Shown: positions 1-14,530, counted from the stretch's first letter. The stretch: 64,000 nucleotides of DNA from Octopus sinensis (GCF_006345805.1 NC_042999.1:78368001-78432000), one strand, 5' to 3'. Notes: a model not told the origin generated them from the sequence alone. Numbers and translations: made by a program.

Positions 1-129
1 AATATGTTTTGGCATTTCTCTGCCAACATCACCGTTTATAGCCTAACACAGCTTGTAAACATTTACACTGAAATATGCTCTCACTCTCACTCACACACAC
101 ACGCACACACAAATAGACAGACAGAACTA

Positions 130-1430
130 GACCAGGTCATGAAAGTTACAAAAAAGGGTTATAGCTCGACTAATTAAGAAAAGAGTTAGACTAGATGAGA
201 TGCAATTTGGTTTTATGCCAGGCAGAAGCACTGTTGATGCTTTCTTTCTAGTGAGGCAATTGCAGGAGACATATTTAGCCAAAAATAAACTGCTGCACTT
301 GGCTTTTTTTGACCTGGAGAGAGCCATCGACCAGGTCATTGTTTCTGGATCTGGTGGTTGCTGTTCAAGACATGTTTGGGGGTACTGTCACTAAAGTGAG
401 AGTTAACAATGAATATAGGAACAAATTTCCTGTGCAGGAAGTTCACCAAGGCTTGGTTATCTGTCCCCTCCTATTTATCATAGTCCTCTAGGCTATAACA
501 GAGGGGTTTAAGACCAGTTGCCTGACAGAAATCCTCTATGTTGATGACCTTGTTCTTATAGGTGAATCTGTGGTAGAACTAGGAGTGGAAGCAAAATCTG
601 GAATCAAAAGGTCTCACAGTTAACTTAGCAAAGACCTAGATTTAGTAAGCAGTGAAGTGCTAATCGCTTCAAGAAAATGGCTGTTTGGTAAGTTGAAAGT
701 GTAGACAGAAATTCCATACAATGTGCTCAGTGCAAACTAAGGACTCATATAAGAGGTGTTGAAGAATTGCAGGAAGATTAAGAGAAAGTGTAGACTTTGT
801 TAGTGGCAGATGCACAAGAGCAGTAAATACTAAGAACTTGCAGGAAATAGATTTTCTCGAATGCCTAGGTGGTTTGCTCAAAGCTGTAGATAGCTTCTGT
901 TATCTAAATGGCAGTTGAAGAAGATGTTCTGAGAGTATAATTGCTACAATAAGAACTGGCTAGAGAAAGTTCAGAGAGTTATTACCACTGTTGGTAACAA
1001 AAGGCCTGTCTCTCAGAGTAAAAAGTAGATTATATGACTCTTGTGTACAAACAGCAATGCTACATGGTTGTGAAATGTGGGCCATGAATGCAGAAGATAT
1101 ACGAAAATTAGAAATGAAGTGGGCATGCTCTACTTGATGTACAGCAACAATGTGCACATCGAACAAAGTGCAAATGTAGAGAGAAAAATTAGGAATATGA
1201 AGCATTAGATGTAGTGTACAAGAGAGAAGACTGCACTGATATGGTCATTTGATGTGTATGTATGAAGACAGCTGCATAAAGGTGTTGATTGCTAAATGTG
1301 AATGGAACTGGTGGAAAAGTGAGTACTAGGAAGGTGTGGGACAAAGTAGTGAAGACCAAGTTCAGGTTTGTGAGCCTCACAGAGAATGACAGATAATTCA
1401 CTGTGTTTGTGAAAACCCATTCATCTCCTC
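130..1430 (+). mobile_element. Decayed RTE-clade LINE, reverse transcriptase to C-terminal region
   Basis: Frameshifted RT motifs QFGFMPGRST (203-232), FFDLERA, VHQGLVICPLLFIIVL, LYVDDL (~534-551; YADD-like), later MLHGCEMW; many stops. Confidence 0.9.
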
Positions 1431-2727
1431 CAATAATGAGGCCCTAAAAATATATCATTTATGTCTATGTGTCTTCCCTCAAGTCGTATACTACAACTTG
1501 TTCTTCTACTACTCTTCTAACAGTACTATTTTACTCAGCTGCTGTAACTATATGAGAGCAGAATATTCTATATTTCATTCACCTGTGTGGTACTGGTTAC
1601 AATGCTTTTTGGAACCACTTCTTTTGCTTATCACCCACCTTGTATTGCTAATAACATTCCATACTAATTTATTTTCCCAATGACTGTCCCTTTCCTCTGA
1701 ACACCATCTCATATCATCACTCTCATCTCATAAGCCTTGTTTGTCATTCACTATATCTACCACTATATACCTCTGATCTCTGTCTTGGATTCTGTACATC
1801 TGTCTCTCACCCCTATATTTCACAGCATCTCCCTACTTCTCACATATCTACAGTTTTACTATACTGCAGATTTCCATCCACCGTTTACATACTGCCGCTT
1901 ATCACTTCCTTCAAGAGCCACTCCTGTAATGCTAGAGACATTATTATTATTCATAATGCAGTAGAACTTTAGAAACTATAGAGCATTATATGAAATATAG
2001 TGTTACAATGCTAGACTGTACAGCAGAATATATCTATAGATTTTAGTCAACACTACGTAATAAACATATTTAAACAACTTGAGTTTATATACAATATCTT
2101 CAAGGAGAAAAACATGGGATAAGCAAGATTAGTTTCAATCCTGTGCTGGAATTTCATTATGACCAAGAAACTCTCTTTAAATGTCCATGAAGACACAGTT
2201 TAAAAATCTCTTATTACTAAGGGATTAATTGGATAGATCAATTTTCATATGTAATGTATTCTTGGAAGTTAGTTTGATTAATAAACTACTGGTGTGTTAA
2301 CTGTTTGGCTAAAATCTATAGATATATTTTGTAGTAAACTATAACATTAAAACAAAACACTTAACATACCAGTTATTTACCATCATTTGTTTTGCTCCAT
2401 TATTCCCCATATTCAAAACCTCGCAGCATTGATTTTCACCCTCCATTCCACCAAAGTCAATAAACCTAAGTAGCAAGTATGTATTTTGCTCAATGCAATT
2501 GACTACACTCTTCAACAAATTCATGACCATGTGCTAATATGAGAAATCAATTTTGATATTGTTAATACAGCAAACTGCTAGAATCTTGGACAGTATTTTA
2601 TGCTTAAAATTTAAATCCTTACATGGCTGATTCTATTTTCATCTCTCTGGGCTTGATCAAATAAGTCCTATTAGTGTTATGGGATCAATTTAATTCATTA
2701 TACTTTTATATCATTATTTAATAAGTT

Positions 2728-2945
2728 TAAGGTGGCGAGTTGTCAGAATCGTTAGCATGTTGGGCAAAATGCTTAGCACCATTTTTTCTGTCTTTACGTT
2801 CTGAGTTCAAATTCTGCCAAGGTCAACTTTACTCTTCATCCTTTCAGGGTTGATAAAGTAAGTACCAGTTGAACACTGGGGTTAATATAATTGACTTATC
2901 CCCTCCCCGTTCTGGCTGGCCTTGTGCCAAAATTTGAAATCATTA
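2728..2945 (+). mobile_element. SINE family B copy
   Basis: aaggtggcgag...ttctgagttcaaattctgcc...ttcatcctttcagggttgataaa...ggccttgtgccaaaatttgaaatcattatt; more than 15 similar copies in the window. Confidence 0.85.
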
Positions 2946-3789
2946 TTTAACAAGTTTGTATCTAACTTAAAAACTGTCCCATTATTATCATTGCTAATAC
3001 TTATTATACATTACTTACAATTGCACCTATCTTGAACATCCAACATTTGAATTCTCAGAATCTACCAAATTTGTAACACATCATTTCACTCACAAAATAT
3101 TGCGGTTCAATGAGACGGAAAACTAATCTCATATGGACTTTCCTACAGCTGAAACACAACATAAATATTCCTAGTCTTAGTTTGGTTACAGTGGCTTAGG
3201 CTAACACAGAGAAGAGGATCTGGCTGAGTCAGCCACAGAAATGAGCCTTGTTAGAGCTAGTGTACACCACAGACATTGGTTGTCTGTGAAATTTATGACA
3301 GGACTGAATATTCAATTGTAGAAAATCTAACCCAGAAACCTCAAAAATGGTGCAGTCAGAAACACCAATATGTGTCAATAGAGTCAGCACAAGATGTGCT
3401 ATAAGTGTACATGTTTTGAAGTGTGTTATGTGAAACATAGGCAGCAGCTATTTTAAAAATGCAGAGCAGTATGTACAAAAATGAAGCATGTAAAACTGGT
3501 GTTTGTGCATGTAATTGGTCTAAATTAGGCCACTGTCTGGTTTAACATCACAACCTAGTTCATGGGTGCTCTGAATGCATTTGCAACAGATCTCTTTCCC
3601 TCAATTTTACCAGCTGACATAGACCTTTAAATATTTAGAAATGCATCATTTACTGAAGTAAATCTAGTCTGAGAGTGACTACATTGACCATAGAGTGTTG
3701 TCCTTCTCATATGACAAACTCCCAACTGCCTTAAAAAAAAAATGTAAAAGAGAATTTTATATTTTATCTTTTACTTGACTGTAGCCAAA

Positions 3790-4490
3790 GACCTATGGTG
3801 ATATGCCATGCTTGAGAAGACCTGTCAAGCCAAGTGAAACCATAGATGCCAGTATCATGTAAGAGGCACCTGTGCTAGTGGTACATAAAAAGCAACTGTT
3901 GAACGTTGGGCTTCATGGAGGCAATGAAAAGTGACTGAGACCTTGGTGATATGCTGTGCTTGAGAAGACTCATCAAGCCAAGTAAAATCGTAGTTGTGGC
4001 TGATGCCAATGTCATGAAATGGCACCAGAGCAAGTGGCACATAAAAAGCACCCATTACACTCTTGGAGTGGTTGGTGTTAGGAAGGGCATCCAGCTGTAG
4101 AAACCATGTCAAATCAGACTGAAATCTGCTGCAGCTCTCCAGTTTCAGCCAAACTGTCTAACCCATGCCAGCATGGGAAGCAAACACAAAATGGTGATGA
4201 TATGTATAAGGCACCCTTGCCAGTGACACCTAAAAAGTACACATGCTGGTGATACATAACAAGCACTTGTGCTGGTGCCATGTAAAGAGCCAGTGATATG
4301 TAAAAGGTATCTGTGTCAGAGACATGCAAAAGGCACCCATGCCAGTGACACATTAAAAACACCCAGCAGTAGAAACCAATCCAAAACAGACAATTGGAGC
4401 CCAGTGCAGCTCTCAGCTTATTATCTCCAGTCAAACCATCTAATCCATGCTAACATGGAAAACAGACATTAAATGATGATGATGATGATA
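3790..4490 (+). mobile_element. Two tandem 5'-truncated RTE 3'UTR copies with (GAT)n tails
   Basis: gtggttggtgttaggaagggcatccagctgtagaaac...ccatgccagcatggaa...gatgatgat; the same sequence terminates the RTE ORF remnants at 4590-5790 and 22480-23340. Confidence 0.8.
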
Positions 4491-4589
4491 TGCACAAAAT
4501 ATCCGCCATTTTTAATGAGGAGAAATGGAATAGTTTTAATATTCATGAATTCTTTAAAAAACATTGATAGCTTATGTAAATTACGTGAC

Positions 4590-5790
4590 ATCATCGTCAT
4601 CGCTTAACATTCGCTTTGCATGTTAGCATGGTTTGACTGAGGACTGGCAAGTGAGGAAGCTATACCAGGCTCCAATCTGATCTGGCAAGATTTCTACAGC
4701 TGGATGCCCTTCCTAATGCCAACCACTCCAAGAGTGTAGAGAGTATTTTTTATGTGCCACTGGCACGGGGGAGGGGGCAGTAAGGTGGCACTGGCATCAG
4801 TCATGACTACGATTTTACTATTTCACTTGACTCAACAGATCTTCTCAAGCATAAGATATTGCCTGACAAGTGGAGAGTACTTTTACGAGCTGATTATGCA
4901 ACACTAGCATTGGCCACATCTACAATCTCACTTGACTTGTCGGGTCTTCTCAATCACAGCATATATCCAAAGGTCTTGGTCTCCTGTCATTGCGTCTGAG
5001 AGACCCAATGTATGAAGGTTGTGCTTCACCACCTCATCCCATCTTCCTGGGTCTACCTTTTCCACAGGTTCCTTCCTCTGTTAGAATGTGACACTTCTTC
5101 ATATAACTGTCCTCATCCATACACAAAAATTGACCATACTAGCACAGTCGTTTCTCTTGCACATCATACTTGATGCTTCTTATGTCCAACTTTTCTCTCA
5201 GGACACTTACACTCTGCCATGTATGCATACTGACATTACACATCCAGTGGAGCATACTAGCTTTCTTTCTTTCAAGCATATGCATATCCTCAGCAGTCAC
5301 AGCCCATGTTTCACTGCCGTGTAGCATGGCTGTTTATACACATGCATCATACAGTCTACCTTTCACTCTGAGCGAGAGGCCCTTTGTTACCAGCAGAGGT
5401 AGGAGCTCCCTGAACTTTGCCTAGCCTATTCTTATTCTAGCAGCTATGCTCTCAGAGCATCCATCCCTGCTACTGACTTGGTCACCTAGGTAACAGAAGC
5501 TACCAAGTACTACTAGTTTTTTCCCCTGGCATGTGATGGAATCTGTTTTCAGTACATCTTTGTGTTTATTGCCCCTGTGCATCTGTCACACACAAAAACT
5601 ATCTTCCCAGTTAACCTTCATTTGATATTGCTGCACCTCTTATGTGTTCATAGCTTACACCAGGTACATTTTATGGAGTTTCTACATACATCTTTTCTAC
5701 AGATCAAGCAGGGCCACCTACTTGAAGGGGTTTGTGATTTTTCTGCACTCCTACTTACTAAGACTTTGGTTTTTGCTAGATTGACTCTAA
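4590..5790 (-). mobile_element. RTE-clade LINE 3' portion (ORF C-terminus plus 3'UTR)
   Basis: MLHGSETWAVTAEDMHMLER...MLHWMCNV (5139-5327); similar to 960-1250; (GAT)-type tail at ~4590. Confidence 0.9.
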
Positions 5791-6419
5791 GGCCCTTCGA
5801 TTACGTTTGTAAAAATGAATTTGAAGCAAGAAATGATAAAAATGAATTCATAAATAAGCCCAAAACTTTAGGCAAAAGAATAATGAAAATTTCTTGTATT
5901 GACACGATACCACAAATTGTGGTAGTTCTTTTTTTAACTTCAGTTTAGCTCTGATCATAAAGACTTGTAATCAAAAGCATTCAACCTGAAACTAGTGATG
6001 TTTTTTTGTTAGACCCTTCCTTTTTTTAAGATGATAAAGCATGATTTAAGAGAGATTTGACAGCTGTTTCAAGTATGTCATGCTCCTTAATTAGAGAATT
6101 TGTCATATTAAGTGTATATATTGAATTGATTGCATTGTGTTTTATTAGTTTACTTTATCTACCTGCAGGTTGATGATTCTCCACTAATGAGATGTACCAA
6201 AACTAAAAACCAATAGATCTGCTTGGGATTGCACAAGTTTGTACTTTTCCAATTATGCTATCAACAACAAGCACAAACCCTTTTGCAAGCATCTAGTCAA
6301 TATTTTTTAAAACTCTGTATTCAGCAGAATTATGGATCAGAAGTTATTGGATAATATCTCCAATATTCAAGTTTTTACTCAGCAGCAGTGCCACTCCCTA
6401 GCTCGCACAAATATTCTTT

Positions 6420-6590
6420 TTTACTCTCTTTTACTCGTTTCAGTCATTTGACTGTGGCCATGCTGGAGCACCAACTTTAGTCGAGCAAATCGACCCCAGG
6501 ACTTATTCTTTGTAAGCCTATTACTTATTCTATCAGTCTCTTTTGCCGAACTGCTAAGTTACAGGGACATACACAGATACACAAACATAT

Positions 6591-6625
<35 letters not shown>

Positions 6626-6775
6626 CGACGGGCTTCTTTCAGTTTCCGTCTACCAAATCCACTCACAAGGCTTTGGTCGGCCTGAGACTATAGCAGGTGC
6701 CACACAGTGGGACTGAACCCGGAACCATGTGGTTGGCAAGCAAGCTACTTACCACACAGCCACTCCTATGCCTAT
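6420..6775 (-). mobile_element. SINE family A (tRNA head, CORE-like body, internal TA/TG microsatellite)
   Basis: Reverse complement of the 19821-20240 copy, with an internal deletion. Confidence 0.9.
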
Positions 6776-9700
6776 GTTCCAAGTTTGTTATATGTGGCAA
6801 GAAACATCTGTCTAAACTGAACAAAACTGGCAAGTATCCGTAAAACTTATAAGGCAGACTATTCAAACCAAGCAATTTGTCATTCACACAACCAGTTGCT
6901 GCTATCAGTCTTTGCAACACTTGATGTCCTCTGTTGAATAATAGTAATATTGAAAATTTCTAATCTAAGCATACAGTGACAAAATTTTGGGAAAGAGAAT
7001 TCTTACTGGTATTAACACCAGTATTTGACTGGTACTTTATTTTATTGCCCATGGAAGAATAAAAAGCAAAGCTCATTTCGAGGGATTCAAAGAATTCAGA
7101 AATGTAAAGGAACATAACAAAATGCTGTAAACACAGTGAATTCATTGCTGTACTGGCTGATTCTGCCAGTTCACTGTTTAATAACAACAACCACAGTCAT
7201 TTTTAAACTCCAAGTTTAGCACTGAAAAATTAAAAGCAGAGAAATTCAATACCTTTTCACAATGGCAATCTTGACATGAAGTAAATAATGTAAAGTCTTA
7301 ACAGGAAATTGAAACTGAATCTCATATACATTATAGAGAAATCACTACATAGAGAGGGGCTTAGTCATTCTTCAGCCACACCATCACCTATCACCATCAG
7401 TTAACTGGAGGCAAGAATGATTTCAGCATCACTAGTCAATAGGCAAACAGATGTTAATGTGAACAAGATTGTGTAAGTGTGATTCATACCGGTATTGCTT
7501 ATTGCTATTTGGGAAAAGTACATGTGTACAAATATCTATCAGACCATACTCCCCCACCACACACACAATGGACTAGTAGTTAATGTGTTGGCTTTATGAT
7601 CCATAGAGCCATAGGTTTGATTCTGGAACCAGGCAGTGTGTTCTATCTTGGAGTAAAGCACTTCATTTTCACAGTGTTCCAGTTTACTCAACTGAAATGA
7701 ATAACAGTTGAGTGCTTGTGCAGTGCTTTTGCACTTCATCTGTTCTATCCTAGATGTTGTGTTAGGTCAAGGGTAGGAGGGCCAAGGTGGGGGCATGTAT
7801 CTATGACTGCTCACATCAACACAGGCACCTACCTAAAAGAATCAGTGAATGCATAATATATACTGGCACGTTATATGAGATTTTTATTCACACACACACA
7901 CACACAATTCATATTGATTCTACTTTCAGTATTGAGTTATTAAGTCTGCCTCTCAGTAAATATTCTGATGTTATTCTCAAACATGCTTTAAAATATTGAC
8001 CCTAAATTGATTATACATGCACACATTTTTATACATACATACACATTTTATAATCATTTAAATACTGGTGATATATTAATCTTTGTTCCTTAATCTTGGT
8101 TGTTATACTTATAATATTTCAGCCACTATACCCTCTATCCTTCTTCAGGTATGTCATATTTGGTAAGGTTCTTAAAATTTCAAACTAAACCATTTATTAA
8201 GCTCACAGGGACAGACTGTTTTCATGCTACTGTCTATATCAGGGATATTATAGTATTAGTTATTCTTATATGTTGCTAGATCATATTGGACCAGTGACTT
8301 ATTCAGGGATCAAATTTATTCCCTGGGTCACTCTGCTTAGAAACTGAAAAGAAACTAAATCTGTCATGAACCTACAAGATCATAAAGCTGGAGTTTATCT
8401 CGGTTCCTATTGTGTATAAGCAACTGAAGGAATACCATAATTCCTATCTGGAGAGGATGTCAGTCTGTAGCAGGATAAATCCCACCCAGCTGCTGCTGGT
8501 ACTCATCTTCAGCTGAATGAACTAAGCAACAAGAAGTAAATGGTCTTGTTCAAGGACACACTGCACTTCTGGATTGGGAGTCAAACCCACAATCTTGTAA
8601 TCAAGAGCCCAGTTGCCTAACCATTAGACCATGCACCTTCTCAATCAAACAATCAATCAGTCTCTTTCTTTCTCACATCATTATCATTTATTAACATCCA
8701 CATTTCCAAGCTTGCATGGAGCAGACAGAATTTTTTGAGGCAGATTTTTTTTCAAGGCTAGATGCACTTCTTGTCACCAACCCTTACCCAATTCCAAACA
8801 AGGTAATATTTCCCCATGACCATATAGGTTTTCCATGAAAGGCTAAATGAACAACATTGCTTGTATGAGGGTGAGGGTCATTTACAACCATTGTGTGATG
8901 GCTAGACAAAGGTACACACACACACACACACAAAGGGCTTCTTTCAGTTTCTGCCTAACAAATCTACATAGTTTAGGTCAGCCCAAGGCTATAATATAAT
9001 ATTTTCCTAAGGAGGAGGACTGACCACATGACCATGTGTTTGGAAAGCAGACTTACTTAATCATACAGACACACTCGTGCCTAATATATATACCATCTAA
9101 TTCAAACTGAACGAGCAAATGACATTATAAGAAAGGGAAATAGCTAAGATGAAAATATCTGTGATATGGACAATGAAACGAGAACATCAATTCTGTAGAT
9201 TTAATAAAATTCCTAGAATGTTATTGAGTATGGCAGGCATTTGAAGAAGAGTGGACAGTATAAGGGCTGAAATGCTCTGACTAATAATCAGGCATGGCTG
9301 TGTGGTTAAGAAGTTCACATTGCAAGGTTTCATGTTCAGTCCCAATCAACGGTATCTTGGTTGTCTTCTGTTACTGCCCTGAACAGACCAATATCCTGTG
9401 AGGGAGCTTGACAGACAGAAATACCATATATCTATATGACACACACAAGGTTGTTTGTTATGACAGATCGGAGAATGATTACTGGTTTTGCATCTATAAA
9501 GCATTTAGCTGTATAGATGACACATTAGACTCAAATGGCCGGAGGCATGAGAGATATGTGTGTCTCACTGCTTGACAATTGATGATGGTTTGTTTACATC
9601 CCTATAATTCAGAGGTTCACCAAAAAGAAACTGCTAGAATAAGTACCAGACTTATGAAAATGGTACTGGGGTCAATTTGATCAAATAGACCTTTCAAGCT

Positions 9701-10182
9701 AGTGTACCCAAGTATGACTGAAATCCAATGATTAGCCGGTATATGATAATGGTAATTCTTCATGTCACTCTCTGTCAAGTATCAGGTAATGCTCATCGAG
9801 GGTCTTGGTTGTTTGAGAATTTCAGTCTCACAATCACCTGTTGTAATACTGTGACTGTTCTGGGCAGTTTCAACAATTTTCAGTAGGAAGGCCAGTTTAT
9901 ATTGGTCTAGTCTATATATGTGAGGGTTTGTATGTTTATGTAAATTATATTCTATTCTGTTTTCTTTGATAATTTAAATCTGTTTTGCTCATTTCTTTTG
10001 GCAGACTGTGTCCTATGACAGTTTTATAATTAGATTCAGTTACAAAATAAAGCTGTAATAATTAATTAAAAAAAGTCTGTAAAACTCATTTCACTTTCAA
10101 GAATTAAATATATATTTATTTTTCACTCGTTTCAGCCATTGGACTGTGGCCATGCTGGGGCATCGCTTTGAAGGGTCTAGTA

Positions 10183-10569
10183 AAGGCCTGGCCAACTCGA
10201 ATTACATTGTGGGTCACTTTAAACACAGAAAGTTTTTGAGGGCCGCTTGTATACTGACAGAATTGAAAGCATTTTGCTTTCTCATGCTATTATTACAATA
10301 ATGAATGAACGATCGTTGATTCAACATGAAATATTATTGTTGCAAAAACAGTAGTATCTTTCTTTTCTTTACTTTTCATTACAATCTTTAATTTTTTATA
10401 AAAATTTTAAAATGTTTCTTTAAAGGTGGTGCTCCAAATATGGCCGCAGTCAAATGACTGAAACAAGTAAAAGAGTAAATAAACCCATTTCAAGAAAGTA
10501 TCAAGCGGGCCGCATGATAAAAGTCTGTGGGGCGCATGCGGCCCGCGGGCCTCAGGTTGGCCAGCCCTG
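10183..10569. mobile_element. hAT (Charlie-like) non-autonomous element nested in a family A SINE
   Basis: 14-bp TIRs aaggcctggccaac / gttggccagccctg (12/14 match); 8-bp TSD gtctagta (10175-10182) / gtcaagta (10570-10577); subterminal tgcggcccgcgggcc motif. Confidence 0.85.
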
Positions 10570-11521
10570 GTCAAGTAGAACAAATCGACCCCTGACCTCA
10601 TTTTTTTAAAAAGACGTACTATTCTTTAGGTCCTTTTGGTTGAACCGCCAAGTTGGGTTGGGGCGTAAACAAACCAACACCGCCTGTCAAGAGGTAGTCA
10701 CACACACGCACATGACGAGCTTCTTTCAGTTTCTACCTAATAAGCCCTTTCACAGGGATTTGGGTCAGCTCGGGGCTATTGTAGAACACTAGCCCAAGGT
10801 GCCACTGGGACCGAACCTGGAACCATCTGCTGGGGAACCAAACTTCTTATGGTGTAGCCATGTCTGCGCCCATAAACTTTGGGGATGCTATTTCCACAAT
10901 GTTATCCCTATGCACATCGTGTGAGTGTGTGTTAGTTATTCAACATTATCAAAGTTTCATATTTATATTTCCAGCCAACGATGGTGTAGAATACCGCTAC
11001 ACCTTTCCATCAATAACCACTAATCACCTTGACAATCCTCCCAAATTCTGCAGAGAAAGGGATTGTCACGTGACGATGATGATGAGTAATATCGGCAGTT
11101 AAGTAAATCATATCAGAATGTTTCGTATTGGCACATCTTGACTCAGATTTTATATATAAGCACAAGTCTTCAGTCTCAACAGGAGTGGTTTTAATAAACA
11201 TCCTATCCTATACGTAATACGATGTCCTGCCTGAAGCTATTTCAATCATAAATATCCTGTCTTCTTTATAGGCACAATGCACCCAGAACAACATTCCCTA
11301 AAGAGCCTTTAAGCATGATTTGATGAGGATTTGGCTACTATTTCTAGCAGGTCGAGCGGCCATGTACAGGCTTCCTCGTTAAAGGTTGATATTTGAGTGT
11401 CTATCAGAGACCATATGCCTTTGGTATGTTGCAAAGGAATAGTCAGTTGAAAACTGAAATTGCTTCAGTCAAAATCACGTGCTTTCGTCAACTTGTATAT
11501 CGTTTTTTCTTTTAAATAAAC

Positions 11522-11621
11522 CTGGAGCCTTATTTTCGCAAGCTATGGCGGCAATGACGGATGTGCTGAGGCCGCTAATGCGGATTCTGTTAGATTTTGA
11601 ACACTGACAAACACACGGCAT
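11522..11621 (-). CDS. Candidate alternative first coding exon MPCVCQCSKSNRIRISGLSTSVIAAIACENKAP (phase 1) of an unidentified gene
   Basis: Unique, CpG-rich, stop-free from ATG at 11621 to CAG|GTTTAT; donor is weak; no homology recognised. Confidence 0.35.
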
Positions 11622-12504
11622 CGAATTAAATATGGGGTAAACTATATAAAACGAGCTTTCTATCTCCACATTCTAGACTAGCCACAAACAATGCTATTTA
11701 GGCGATCGATAACAGGGGGTATAAAGCTACACACACACACACACATAATGATTTAGTTAACACGTACACGAAAGAGAGAGAGAGAGAGAAAGGGGGGAGA
11801 GAGTGTGTGCAGCTTTCAGTAAACAAAACTATAAACAACCCTATTAGAGAAAATAAATTAAACCCAAATCGAAGGCAAAGCTAGTGTGAACAGGCCTATT
11901 GCAATAATCGACCTTCCCACTCCAGCTTCCTCATCTCCAAAGCAACAAAGGTCCCAAAGCTGGTAAAACAAGGTCGTAGGATGAAGATCGATGGCGAATA
12001 ACAGAGTAACAGATTGCTTGTGAAGAGGCAAAGGAACAAATGATTTAAAGGGACAGCTATGGAACCGTTTAGACAGAGCTGTAGCTAGCTAGCTAGCAAG
12101 ATAGACAGATGGCACGTGTGTGTGTGTGTGTGTGTGTGTGGGTAGGGGAAATAAGAGGAATGATATAGTAGTTGTTTAGTTACAGGTTAACACTGGTGGA
12201 ACAAACCTATGATTAGACTTTCCAAGCGTGACCAACATGTCTATTCAGTCATAGCAATATATCCAGGAATACACTATTCAATGTATGCTGTCAAGCAAGT
12301 CGAACGGTCACAGAAGGGGCTCCCTTGTTAATTTGGAATAAACCTGGTTAGACTGATGGATAAATAGGGTGGATACATACAGCATATCAGAGATATATAA
12401 CATAGCCTGAGGGATATGAAATCCTGAGGAATAGATGAGTAAATAATTAGATAAAAAGTCAATTACTGAAGAGTAGTTTGTATAACTAGATGAAGATAGA
12501 AATA

Positions 12505-12591
<87 letters not shown>

Positions 12592-12635
12592 GTACACACA
12601 CGCACACGTATATATATATATATATACACACACAC
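12505..12635. repeat. (TATC)n/(TA)n/(CA)n compound microsatellite
   Basis: Direct reading. Confidence 0.95.
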
Positions 12636-13584
12636 ACCAAAACAAAAAAAAAAACATATTCTATTAAGTTGCATAAATTGATAGAGCTGCTATAATAATA
12701 ACAACAACAATAATAAAAAAAAACCCCAGAAAAACAAAGCAAATGAAACTGACTTTCTTCAGAATTAGATTTTTCACCTAAATTTTCATTTAACGATAAT
12801 TTATGTAAAAACACACACACACATACATACACACACAATTTATACAGAGGAAGAAAGGGACTGTGAAAAAAAAAATGTGACATATAGAAAGATATAGGAG
12901 GGTAGATAGAGTGAATGGAGAGAAATGCTGCTTAAAACCACAAATGTAGATGTACAAGATGGTGAGTATATGTGCAGTGCATACAAGTGCACCTGCACAT
13001 GTATGTAATCAATATGTAACATATTTCTAATCAACGATGGCGCTTCTATGTGGTCACTCAAATGAAATAACAGCAAAATTCTCCCTCAAAATACACAGGT
13101 CTATTTTAAAAAAAAGGGGGGGGGGCACAGTGCTTGAGAGGATAGGATGGCCATGGGTGGAATGTCTTTGATTGCAGGTCTCTCAGTCACAGATGACAGA
13201 GTTATATGTGTTCATTTTCATGTTTAATCACACAACCACCCATCATTATCATGTTATGTTTATTTTTCCATGTTGATATGAGTTGGATGTACTGTCACAT
13301 TCCAAATCAATTTTGAAGTAATTAACTCTCCTGATTGCTGAAGAGTTACATCCATTTGTACACTACATTTTGGCACAGTCTCAAATGGCTAGATGCACTT
13401 CATAACATCAACTACTTTATGCATCTATTGGGTGCACCAGGACTACAGAGGTAAGCATATGTATCATCATCATCATCATTTAACGTCTGTCTTCCATGCT
13501 AGCATGGGTTGGACCACCCCTTATATATATATATATTGGCTAAACTGGCAATATATAACCATCCTCAAATACACCAATATATAT

Positions 13585-13880
13585 AACATCATCATCATCA
13601 TCGTTTAACGTCCGCTTTCCATGCTAGCATGGGTTGGACGATTTGATTGAGGACTGGCGAACCAGATGGCTGCACCAGGCTTCAATCTTGATCTGGCAAA
13701 ATTTTTACAGCTGGATGCCCTTCCTAACGCCAACCACTCCAAGAGTGTAGTGGGTGCTTTTACGTGCACGGGGCCAGTCAGGCGGTACTGGCAATGACCT
13801 CGCTCAAACCTTTTACACATGCCACCAGCAAAGGTGCCAGTAAGGTGATGCTGGCAATGATCATACTCGAATGGTGTCTA
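13585..13880 (-). mobile_element. RTE 3'UTR copy
   Basis: catcatcatcgtttaacgtccgctttccatgctagcatgggttggacg...gctggatgcccttcctaacgccaaccactcc. Confidence 0.85.
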
Positions 13881-14146
13881 TTACAAAAAACAAACTATAT
13901 TCTTTATTCTAATATACTGAGCTTTTCATTGTATGACTGGTGATAGACACCAGCATCAATCTTGCTTATACTAGCACTAGTTGGAGGGAATCTATTGAAG
14001 CAGTACTATTTATATATATAAGGGTGTGGGTATGTAAATATAGGAAGTTGCATCCAGTCATCAAATACTACTCCACAGTGAAGAGAAAAACAAACTTTAG
14101 TTCAAATATGTTCATAACATATTTTCCCTTATGCATATGTGTGTTT

Positions 14147-14530
14147 GTGGCTGTGTAGTAAGTAGCTTGCTTACAAACCACATGGCTCCGGGTTCAGTCC
14201 CACTGTGTAGTACCTTGGGCAAATGTCTTCTACTATAACCTTGGGCCGACCAAAGCCTTGTGAGTGGATTTGGTAGATGGAAGCTGAAAGAAGCCCGTTG
14301 TATATATATATATATATGTATATATATATGTATGTTTGTGTGTCTGTATCCCCACCATTGCTTGACAACTGATGCTGGTGTGTTTACTTCCCCGTAACTT
14401 AGCGGTTTGGCAAAATAGACTGATAGAATAAGTACTAGGCTTACAAAGAATTAGTTCTGGGATCGATTTGTTTGACTAAAGGCGGTGCTCCAGCATGGCT
14501 GCAGTCAAATGACTGAAACAAATAAAGAGA
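14147..14530 (+). mobile_element. SINE family A copy
   Basis: Colinear with 19821-20240. Confidence 0.9.

Noticed and set aside
9238-9282. ttgaagaagag...gctgaaatg, Penelope-end-like string
   Set aside because: Too degenerate; stems not supportable
11546-11607. Plus-strand short ORF MAAMTDVLRPLMRILLDFEH
   Set aside because: Stops after 20 codons with no donor; overlaps the better minus-strand candidate
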